Assembly: GCA_964016885.1 (NCBI GenBank)
Contig: OZ024741.1
Span: 265,360,001-265,424,000 of the forward strand
Reading direction: 5' to 3'
From: Eledone cirrhosa
Taxonomy: Eukaryota
DNA: 64,000 bases
Shown: positions 53,301 to 64,000 of the stretch, one piece after another
Numbering within the stretch: position 1 is the first letter of the stretch
Layout: every line of letters begins with the position of its first letter
Notes under the pieces: generated by a model
Database searches by the model: none
What the model was told of the DNA's origin: nothing
The model's input: only the letters and a program-made list of their open reading frames with translations
Program-made: the position numbers and the translations under genes

Positions 53301-53953
53301 ACGAAGTGGTTGAAACACCATATTTACAAGGAGGAGGCTAGCCCACTGTGCAGGATCTGTGGAGAGAGAGAGGAGACTGTGGCTCACATTGTATCCGAGT
53401 GTAAACACCTAGCCCAGACCCACTATAAGGGCTGGAGACATGATGTGATGGGAAGGGTGATCCACTGGCACCTGTGCAAAGTAAACAATTTACCACATTC
53501 TGAGAAATGGTATGAGCATAAGCTAGAGGCGGTGATGGAGAACGATCAGGTGAAGGTGCTGTGGTATTTTAGGATACAGACGGACAAGAAACTGGAACAC
53601 AATAGACCTGACCTGGTGGTTGTGGACAAAGAAAAAAGATCGTGTCTGATTGTGGATGTGGCCTGCCCATTCGACACGAGAGTACAAGAGAAGGAGAGGG
53701 AGAAAATTAACCGATACCAGGACTTAAAGTGCGAGGTAAAAAGGATTTGGAACTGCCATGAAGTCAAAGTGATCCCGATTGTCATAGGCGCACTGGGGAC
53801 TATCTCCAAAAGTTTCCAGGGATGGTTAAAGAAAATCGGCCCCTTCACGCTTTTTGGAACGCTTCAAAAGGCATGCTTGCTGGGAACAGCAAGAACCCTC
53901 CGATACGTCCTGAATATCTGAGGGTTAACTAACATCAATGACTGAGATTCAAG

Positions 53954-53987
<34 letters not shown>
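50390..53987 (+). mobile_element. R4/Dong-clade non-LTR retrotransposon (RT plus restriction-like endonuclease), near full length, (TAA)n tail; 5' boundary uncertain (49557 or ~50390)
   Basis: [61 protein letters not shown] finger CRICGEREETVAHIVSEC, RHD, RPDLV..D..CPFD..EKINRY; very short 3' UTR then (TAA)n at 53957-53987. Confidence 0.9.
50546..53921 (+). pseudogene. Single RT-REL ORF of the R4/Dong element broken by three frameshifts (~51690, ~52040, G-run ~52605-52617)
   Basis: Consecutive ORF-track pieces 50546-51703, 51666-52127, 52049-52621 and 52623-53921 join into one colinear protein. Confidence 0.88.
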
Positions 53988-53989
<2 letters not shown>

Positions 53990-54313
53990 AATTATTGTGT
54001 ACAGTGCTCAGGTGCACTACAACTCGTCATATATAATGCCACGAAAAAAGCCATTAAAAAATCGCAGAAGATATTTACGATCCCGCGAACATGAAGTGGT
54101 TTCCACGAACAATCATTAGTTAGGTTCTAGGAAAAATCCCGCGAATAACCGGGACCGCGAACGCCGAGGGTTCATTGTATATATATATATAATACACACA
54201 CACACACATATATATATTACATAATTCAATATTGGTTATCACCAAAATATATATAAGAGCGATTAAGAACAAACGAAGTTAATTTTATCCTGTTGACTTC
54301 TTGTTTATATATA

Positions 54314-54369
<56 letters not shown>

Positions 54370-54501
54370 TACAAACACACCGAGCATTATAATAAATGTT
54401 CGGTGAATCCATACGTGCATATATATATGTGTGCATGTATGTATATATATATATACATACTACTGTACGTCGGTATACATATATGTATGTACGTGTACAT
54501 A

Positions 54502-54538
<37 letters not shown>

Positions 54539-54579
54539 CTGTTTACCACAATACATAACTCCTTACCACAATTCCTTCG

Positions 54580-54652
<73 letters not shown>

Positions 54653-54682
54653 GGAGTAGGAGGAGTCTGTGGCATACAAAAT

Positions 54683-54856
54683 TAATTGTTTCTACTTTTG
54701 GCACAAGGCCAGCAATTATCCCAGTGTAATACTGGTTCTTTATTTTATCGACCCCGTAAGGATGAAAGGCAAAGTTAACCTCGGCGGGAGTTGAATTCAG
54801 AATGGCAAGGGCCGTAACTCTATGCTACAAAGCATGGCGTCCGACCCTCTACCGAT
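54683..54856 (-). mobile_element. Meta-like SINE copy
   Basis: Reverse complement of the SINE consensus. Confidence 0.8.
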
Positions 54857-55639
54857 GTGAAAATTTCAAATATTTTAAAAATATGAATATGGTGTGTAAT
54901 TTCATTTTAAAGGCAAGTGTATTGCGGAAAAAAGAAAAACATTTCATCCATTTAACTTAATTCGTTTCGATAATCCTAGAAAGTCAAGTTAACTTTTTTT
55001 AAAAATCTATATTCCCCAACTACGCACATATTCGCTTAAATTACCCACATCTAACCCTCTACATGTGTATCAGCATTTGATGTATTTAATCATGACATAT
55101 TTTAACAACTTCTATCACGAGAGACGAAGTTAAAGAAAACATAACTCAAGCTATATATATCGCTTGTCAAAATGGTTCGAGAAGTGTAATTGTAACAAGT
55201 GTAGTGAAATTATCACGGATAAATTTGCAGATGCATGCATGGTCCCGTAACTCCCGAGGGAGTGGTAAAGACACTATATTGATATAATGCGTTTCTAGGG
55301 CATTTATTTTTAAACCTGGCGGAGCCCATCCCTTTCTAGATCTGAATACAGCAGATTTCTCGCAAGGGAAGCAGAGGGGGAATGGAAATGAGAAAGAGAT
55401 ATAGAGTAAAAATCAAATCTAGTACTAAACTGGTACCTTTTTTTTTTCGACCTCGAATGGATGAAAGGCAAAGTTGACCGTGACGCGATTTAAAACGAAT
55501 ATCTCAAAGCATTCTATCCGACGTTCTAACGACTTTGCCAATTTTCCGCCTTAAATTTGCTGTTATTAAACGCAAACCACAAAAAATAGCTAAAACATCA
55601 AAACTGGGAATAACTGTCATGAAACCCATGGGTATTTAA

Positions 55640-55841
55640 CAGACCTGTCAACTCTCCCCGTCCGACGGGTAGATCTCTCACCCAGGGTGGGTGAGAGATG
55701 TTTTCTCTTATGAAAATAGGTATAGCTTTCATTATGTAAAATCTCCCCATTTTGCCCCATTTTGCCCCATTTCACCCTGTTTTGAGGGCCCCTTTTTTCA
55801 CGGTACTCCCCCGTTTGGGTTTTTAGAGGTTGGCAGGTCTG
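55640..55841. mobile_element. Unclassified MITE with 13-bp TIRs and a 6-bp TSD
   Basis: ATTTAA-CAGACCTGTCAAC ... GTTGGCAGGTCTG-ATTTAA. Confidence 0.7.
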
Positions 55842-56259
55842 ATTTAAACCAAATCAAGCTGGCTTCGTTCTATTTTTTTTTCTCACTCGGTTGGTCTCCA
55901 GCACAGTTAATGGCCCACACCTGGCTTTAACATTCACTGGTCATCAAGATACTGCTGCAGCCTGACCATAAATCTGCTGTGCATGGGGTAATCGTATCTT
56001 ATTTAAACCCACATCTCCGCATTCAAATATTCACACATAAATTCCAACATATCAGATGTAAAGCTTATATCTGTGAAAACTGCATCTAACAACCTGTTAA
56101 CGAAATACTCTCTGTTATATCAAGCCTTTTATGTATTCTTGTTGTGTTACATGTTGCTCATTATGTCATCGGATAGCATACCGCAAATAAAATCAGCAAA
56201 ATTAGCAGTTTAGTTTTCCTTGTTGGTCTTGATCGTTATTCAACCACACTAGTGAACGT

Positions 56260-56500
<241 letters not shown>

Positions 56501-57687
56501 CATTTCCCTAGAACACATAGATACTATAAGATCTTTAACAGAAACTGTGTCAAAATGATCTATTCCTGCGGTCCCCCTATTAAGTCCTATATCATCAACA
56601 AAAAATCACCTAGAGAAAATCAAAATTGTTCCTGTAGAATCAAAAGTGAATGCCCATTACAAGGTAAATGCAACACCAAAGCCATTGTATATGCGGCTAA
56701 AGTGACAACCAGCAGCAACAACCATCCAGCCACCAGTGAACGATATGTGGGTATGACGCAAGACAAATTCAAAACGCGTTATTACTCACATGTCGCATCC
56801 TTTCGACATCCAGAAAAAAGATTTACAACAGCTCTGGCTAGCAGAATTTGGGATTTGAAAGACCAAGGCATCCAATATAAATTGGATTGGTCTATTTTGA
56901 ACCAATCTAAAGAATATGCAAGAGGAACAAGAAAATGCACGCTCTGCATAAATGAAAAATATTGGATCTTGCAAAATCACCAAAGACCTGCCTGAACACA
57001 AAGACGGAAATTTTCACCAGTTGCCCACACATGAAATCACACCTGCTTTCCAGCTCATATAAACTTAACACACTTTCAGATACTTACCCTCCATAAACTC
57101 TTATTATTCTCTTTATAACTACCCTTTCTGATTTACTTTCATTTTTATCCTTATTATTAATTTCATTTATTTTAATTTTTATTTTAATTTTTATTTTTAT
57201 ATATTTTTTTATTTTTACTTCACATCCACCAATAACCCCCCCCCCCCTCCTTTATTCTCCGATTCACTTACCTAATATCTTCACTTTACATTTTTTACTT
57301 CCCTATTTTCTTCACTAACTGATTATACTAGTCATTTGCGTTTTCCACTACAGATATTTTTTATTTTTATTTTTATTTTTTATTTTTGCGCAGCCAATCT
57401 TATAATTTTATTTTGTACTTACTTATCCACAAGTTTTTTACACCCTGTATCTATGTGTCTGAACGCCTTAATGTGTGTATACTTTCTATATATATACACG
57501 AGCGCCTACGTATGTGCGCGCGCGTGCGTGTATATATATATATATTTGTATGTGTATGTGTATGTGTCTTTATTTCCGTGTTTTTACTTCTAGGTTTTTT
57601 GTTTTGTTTCTTTTTTCTTCTTCCCTTTTTTTACATCCTCATTTTTATGCATTTGTTATGCAAACAGGTCAATATGCGTGAGTGTAA

Positions 57688-57740
<53 letters not shown>

Positions 57741-58530
57741 TATCGAATGTATGGATGTGTAAGCGTGCGTGTGTATATAAGCATGTATATTTTTGTGTTT
57801 CTTTTGTGTGTGTGTGTGTGTGCGAGTGTGTATACAGTCGCGTGCGTGCGCGTGATTAGATATACATGGGGCGAAGCGTATATTCGTATTTATGTGTATC
57901 CTGTGTGTGTAGATGTGCTTGCATACGCTTTTGTCTGTGTTTTTTTGCGTGTATATATATATATTTCTTATAGATATACGTTTCTTGTAGATATACGTGT
58001 GTGTGTGTATGCGTGTACCTTGTTTGTCTTCTTTTCTTTAATTTTTTCTTTCTAAATTAATGTTCCATTTTTATAAATATATCGAGATTGATACTTTCCT
58101 TTAATTATTACACTCCCTTACCTCTTTTACTTCCGCATATAAGTGTACGTGTGTGTAGGTGTGTTTATGCGCGTGCCTTCATATTCTTATGATGTATCTA
58201 TTCTGTCTGTAGTTTACAGATACACAGATACTTTTGCCCTAAAATATATATTTACGCACACTTTTTCACTATACGTATACATTTGTGCATACACATATAT
58301 GCACATCTGTGAGCGTATATACATACATATACACACACCTATATTTCTTGAAAGATTTTTATATATTTCATATTGTAATTCATTTGTCTATATTTTTTTT
58401 GCTTTTCTTGATGAGACTTTCCAAGTATTTAGCCATGTTTTATATTGCCTCGTCTGACGAACGAATGAAGACGTTTCTTTCATATTCGCCTCATTCGGGA
58501 AACCTCTGGTAATGAGGTAATTATATTGTA
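56501..58530 (+). mobile_element. 5'-truncated Penelope-like element (Neptune-type): GIY-YIG endonuclease end, long 3' region, terminal hammerhead
   Basis: HFP..H.YYKIFNRN.VK..YSC, Cys linker CSCR..SECPLQGKC, IVY..YVG...FKTRY..H, C.LC..EK; frameshifted tail LNTKTEIFTSCPH ends 57096; hammerhead motif at 58445-58520. Confidence 0.82.
58445..58520 (+). ncRNA. Type I hammerhead ribozyme motif (Penelope-associated)
   Basis: Stem I TTGCCTCGT/ATGAGGTAA, core CTGACGA (58454-58460), stem II CGAATGA/TCATTCG, GAAA (58499-58502), short stem III CC-TCT-GG, GTA cleavage triplet ending 58511. Confidence 0.75.
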
Positions 58531-58543
58531 TTGATTTTTATAC

Positions 58544-58595
<52 letters not shown>

Positions 58596-58897
58596 GTATA
58601 CTTCAATGAAAATAGAAGGCCGGATTCCAATATATTCCTTTAATATTTTACAATTACATAATACGTATTTCTATGGTCGCCTTATATCATCAGACCATGA
58701 CGCAAGGCAATCTGCGACGTTATCAGATGTAATGAACATAAACAATTTAAAACACTTAGTTCAGTAATTCCTAATAAAAGCACTACGATCAATATGACGG
58801 AAGTCAAAAAGGCTTGTCGAAAATAAGCCGAAATCGCTTGGCGTTGCGGTCGGTTTTTACCTCCCACCTCTTTCTCCCCATACAAGTATAAGTTTAA

Positions 58898-59960
58898 TCT
58901 CCTTATATATATAACCAGCAATTTCTCTGTCTGTCTGTCCGACAGTGGAAACACGTGCGTAGAGAGAAAGTGAGAGTGAAAGAAAGAGACAGACTAAGAG
59001 AGGGGGATAGCGGGAGGGAGAGAGGGAGAGAGAGAGAGAGAGAGTGAATAGACGCTAAAACACGTGCTACAGAAATATTACCTTCCCCTGCCTTTCTCCA
59101 CTTTGGTACTACCAAGAGAAACACTGTCGCTATAGAAACATTACCTTCCTCTCTCCACTGACTTAGGTCACTGAGGCCGAGGGAATCGCTGGTTGCTATA
59201 GAGACACCTTGCACAAGCCAGAAGTAACCAGTTCGAGGCGGTTCTGACTTGACACCATGCGAAGAAGGTTGCCATTGAATTTGTGGTTGTTGCTGCTGAT
59301 AATAAGGACCATTTGAAGAAGGTTTCCATTGAATTTGTGGTTTGAAGAAGGTTTCCATTGAATTTGTGGTTGTTGCTGCTGATAATAAGGACCATTTGAA
59401 GAAGGTTGCTGCTGATGAGATAATTTATTAATCAGATTGCGCAGTTCCATAACCTACGTTTGATTTGTTCAATTTTTTTCTTTAATTTTTTTTGTTGTTT
59501 TTTTTTTTATTTCTTATTGAAAAAATATAAATAATAAAATAAGGTTAGAAATTTAAATACGATTTAATTTCCATTTCCAGCAGCCACTGTCCAGTGTTCA
59601 ATTTCCTGAAAAAATTGGAAATAATTAAAAAAATTGAAGTTTAACTTTTGAACATTTGTTTTGACAAAAAAATATTTCCTTATTCACACCTAATGGTATG
59701 ATTAAAATTTCATAGGAATATTTTTTTCTAACCGCCAGTTATTTATTTTCTCCTTTTTCGTTTTAACATATATTTATTTCAAAGATTTCACCGTATAGAT
59801 AACATATATATTTATACATGCATAAAAGACACACCGAGAGACGGTGAACATGTCGTGCCGAAAACATTTCTCATCCAAATCTCAACAATATCAGTATATA
59901 CACTAGATGAAAGAAACGTCTTCATTCGTTCGTCAGACGAGGCAATATATACACTGCTAG
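58898..59960 (+). mobile_element. Putative non-autonomous Helitron-like element 1
   Basis: A|TCTCCTTATATATATAA start, (CTGT)n near the 5' end, ends CTGCTAG directly abutting a second element. Confidence 0.45.
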
Positions 59961-60847
59961 TCTATATATATAAAATTGAGGAAGTCTGTGTGTGTGTGTG
60001 AGTTTGAATCCCTAAAACTCGAGAACCACCCAACCGACTGTTTTCAAACTTTACACATGTAATACTTATGTTTCAGGGAGTTTTCTGAGCAAAACAATTT
60101 TCAAATTTTCAATGCCCTAGGGACCACATTAGACGATTTAGTCTTTCTCTTTTTAGATAGATACATACATATAACGTCGCGCCCTTATAATATCTGTCTG
60201 CATGTCTGGCTGTCTGCATTACGTCACTTCCCTGAGGATGTCTGTGTGTGTGTGTGTGTGTGTGTGTGAGTTTGAATCCCTAAAATTCGAGAAGTACCCA
60301 ACCGATTTTTTCAAACTTTACATGTGTATTACTTATGTTTCAGGGAGCCTTATGCACATAACAATGTTAACTTTTTGATCTAGGGCCCGCATTAGGTGAA
60401 AAACTGCGTTTTTAAAGCTTTTTAGGGTTTTTTTGAGGCGTTACGTCAGACCGATTTCCTTGAAATTGCAACTATATATTAGTCAGTCTCTTCTTCATAA
60501 CGCGAGCAAAGAAAATCCAACTTTTTTATGGCTTTATGAAAAACTTCATTTTTTCAGCTTTTTAGGGCTTTTTGGAGGCGTTACGTCTAGCCGATTTTCC
60601 CGAAATTTCAAGGCATATTATGCACATAAAAAAAATTCATTTTCTTGATCCCCTAGGGCCCGCATTAGGTGAAAACCTGCATTTTTCCTGCTTCATCGAG
60701 GAAAATCTTGAAGATTATCCAGCCATCAGAGTATTCAGTTTATTTTCTTTACATATTGTCCAGGCATGCAGTTTTTCCACGATAGGTATGTTGGCGGCTC
60801 GCCTTCCAAAATACCTTATCACGTGCAACACCGGGTACTACTGCTAG
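59961..60847 (+). mobile_element. Non-autonomous Helitron-like element 2
   Basis: TCTATATATATAAAA start, (GT)n, AACCGA..TTCAAACTT motif (duplicated at ~60235-60348), 3' CGTGCAACACCGGG..CTGCTAG|T end, no TSD. Confidence 0.7.
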
Positions 60848-60975
60848 TATACAATATATTAAAGAATCGAGCTCAGTCGTCGAGCCTCGACTCTGATATA
60901 TTTACGCTCTACTATCTCAAGTATCGAGAGTATTCTGCTAAATACTTCTTACTAGTTAAAAACTGGTAAAATCCT

Positions 60976-61091
<116 letters not shown>

Positions 61092-61506
61092 TCTCTCTCC
61101 CTCTCTAGAGGACGGTCGATCGAACAGGAATTTCGAGACTAGAAATAGGTCGTAGCCTAACCACAACCATGCTAATGGATTCATTGATGTTCCATGATCA
61201 ATCGACCCTCTGAAACGACCGTAAAGCAATGAACTAATAAACTACGTACCTCTGACTTCTGTCCTTTTTTCATTGTTCTATGCACCCCCCCCACCCCATA
61301 CACACATACATATATATATATATACCGTTCCCAGCACTCTAAACATTTCAACTAATATTTAAATAAATTCCACAAGTCTGCCTTCTTCCCCTCTCCCATT
61401 TCGTTGTTCCTCTTTCACTTTCCACGTTTTACTCTCTCTCTTTAATCTTAGCCCCTCCCTGTTATCTCTTTTCTTTCCTTCTCTCACTTCCTCCTTGCAC
61501 GTACGC

Positions 61507-62706
61507 ATTATTATTTTGTCTTTATGGTCTGAGTTCAAATCCCGCCGAGGTTAACTTTGCCTTTCATCCTTACGGGGTCGATAAAATAAAGTACCAGTAA
61601 TACACTGGAATATTTGCTGGCCTTGTGCCAAAAGTAGAAACAATTATTATTTTGTCTTTATATAAGGGCAGTGGATGAAAATGCATTGCAATATTTAGTT
61701 ACAGACCTGAGTTCAAATCTCACCAAGATTAGCTTTGCCTTTCATCCTTACGGGGGTCGGTAAAATAAAGTACCAGTAATGCACTGGGGTTGATTTAATC
61801 GACTTTCCCCTCAAATTGTTGGCCTTGTGCCTAAATCAGAAACCATTATTATTCGGTGGATTGGCAGTATCGGTAGAGAGTCGGACGCAATGCTTTGAAG
61901 CATAGAGTTACGTCCCTTTACGGACTGAGTTCAAATCCCGCCGAGGTTAACTTTGCCTTTCATCCTTACGGGGTCGATAAAATAAAGTACCAGTAATATA
62001 CTGGGTAATTGCTGGCCTTGTGCCAAAAGTAGAAACAATTATTATTCGATGGATTGGTAGTATCGGTAGAGCGTCGGACAAAATGCTTTGCGACATATAG
62101 TTACGTTCCATTATGTTCTGATTTCAAATCCGGTCGAGATTAGCTTTGCCTTTCACCTTTGTTGGGGTCGATAAAATAAAGCACCAGTAATGCACTGGGG
62201 ATTGATTTAATCGCCTTTCTCTTCCCTCAAAAAGGCCTTGTGCCTAAATCAGAAAACATAAATTTTGCGGTGGATTGGCAGTATCGGTAGAGGGTCGGAC
62301 ACCGTGCTTTCCAGTATAGTTTCGTCCCTTTACGATCTGAGTTCAAACCCCGCTGAGGTTGACTTTGCCTTTCATCCTTACGAGGTCGATAAAATAAAGT
62401 ACCAGTAATACACCAGTGTATTACTGGTACTTTATTTTAATTGCTGGCCTTGTGCCTAAAGTAGAAACAATTATTTTTTCGGTGGGTTGACATAATCGTT
62501 AGAGCGTCGAACAATATATGATGCGGCATTTATAGGTACAGTTCGCAACGTTTTGAGTTCAGATCCTGCCGGAGTCAATTTTGCATTTTATCCTTTTGGG
62601 GTCGATAAAATAAAGTACCAGCAGCGCACTGGGCTGGGTATAATTGACTTTTCCCTTTCCTTTTCTATCCCTTAAAATTGCTGGCCTTGTGCCAAAATTA
62701 GGAACC
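61507..62706 (+). mobile_element. Cluster of six head-to-tail Meta-like SINE copies
   Basis: Copies near 61520, 61665, 61853, 62047, 62267 and 62480; the first is flanked by the direct repeat ATTATTATTTTGTCTTTAT. Confidence 0.85.
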
Positions 62707-64000
62707 GTCGTTATCTAATCTGTATACCCTGTCCCTCTTTCTCCTTCTCCTCTCTCGCTCACTACTATTCTATCGATTCAGTTTTCTTTTTACCTACCCC
62801 TTCTCCACCCGACTGCTGTAACCATGTTGTTATTTCCCTCCTATTTTTTTTAAAATCACATCTAGCAATCAGTCGTTCATCCGCTTCATCTCCCACCCAT
62901 CCTCATCATCTAACAATAACAAACTAAACTGCATCCCCACCTCACCCGCCCTCCAGCCAACTCACCTCTTTCCAGGTCACTCGACCAGCTAGAAATAGCA
63001 GCCTAATCCACCCTAAAATATACACACTGTAAATGTTTTTGTATAAAGAAGGATAAACATCAACAGTATCTATCTCCTTGGTCACGGTAGGTGGGTGGAG
63101 GTGGGATGTGAGTGAGTGGGGGTGGGGGACCTGTAAATATTATGGGCACAGCTCCTTCATCCAGTCCTTGCAAAAAAAAACAAAAAAAAAACGCAAAATA
63201 AAAAGGTAAATGTTTATTATTTTACACCCATACTCCTTTAGAAACCCTAACCCTATTTCTCTTTTCGCGGGCGCTAACCCTAACCGCCAAATGGGGACGG
63301 GTATATTGATACAACCACCCCTCAAAAAAAAAAAAAGAGACAAAAATAAAATAAAATGGTAACTGCCGTCTACTGTCTCCGATATACAAACGACGAGGAT
63401 GGTCACGGATGGAAAGCCTTTAATCGATTCTAGCTCTGCTCAATCCCGACTGACCTAGGGCTAAACGACAACAGTTTTAAACCACTTTTCTACTAAAGCC
63501 TTCCTTCCACCTACTCTCGCATTAATCGCTTGTTTTTGATTTCTCATTAATTCATTCTCTCTCTTTCTCTCTGAATTTATTTATTTCGTTAATCTACCTT
63601 AAATCTTAGTCCCCCTCTCATTCCTCCCCTCTTACTTCCTGTAATCCCTCTCTCTCTCTTTATTGTTTACAATAACACTTCACTCTCCTCTCTTTATATC
63701 CATCTCACTTCCCACTCAATATAGTCTTTCTTTCCTTCTCTCTCTTTAACTCAATTTTACTTCTTTGACCCTATCTTTTCCTCTCTGTTGCCCCCCCCCC
63801 CCCCCCCGTTATATATAAATTATATATATATATATATTTTTTTTTTTAAGCTGCCTCTCTTGCTGTGTATATTACACTTTCTTTTTCACACTCCTCATAC
63901 TCCTTCTTTTTTTAATTGTCACATCCTCTCTCTCTTCCGTTCTTTCTTTTAACCCCCTCTCTCTCTCTCTCCATTTCACTCTTCCTCTCTCTCTAATTCT

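Overview
Eukaryotic, AT-rich, repeat-dominated DNA. The microsatellite load and SINE/LINE types suggest an octopod cephalopod (inference). Bases 1-~20126 are a 21-bp satellite (CTGACACTGCCACCAAACCAC) with a near-identical ~7.15-kb higher-order duplication; the long ORFs there are repeat artefacts. The only host gene found is a GOLGA7/GCP16 (Erf4-family palmitoyltransferase cofactor) homolog on +, with exons 20388-20520, 20782-20934, 23724-23825 and 25308-25373. Its last intron is a canonical U12-type (minor spliceosome) intron, and its upstream intron appears to contain the satellite. The rest is mobile DNA: a decayed RTE LINE with a PHD-type finger after the RT core, a second RTE 3' fragment, a near-complete R4/Dong-type REL retrotransposon between (TAA)n tracts, a Neptune-type Penelope-like fragment ending in a type I hammerhead ribozyme motif, two tandem Helitron-like elements, two tRNA-derived SINE families, piggyBac/pogo-type MITEs, minisatellites and several long hairpins. 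No CRISPR, rRNA or intact tRNA was seen. I found no clearly new multi-gene system; the best leads are the splice-site-free intronic satellite, the U12 intron and the hammerhead with its nearby antisense copy.
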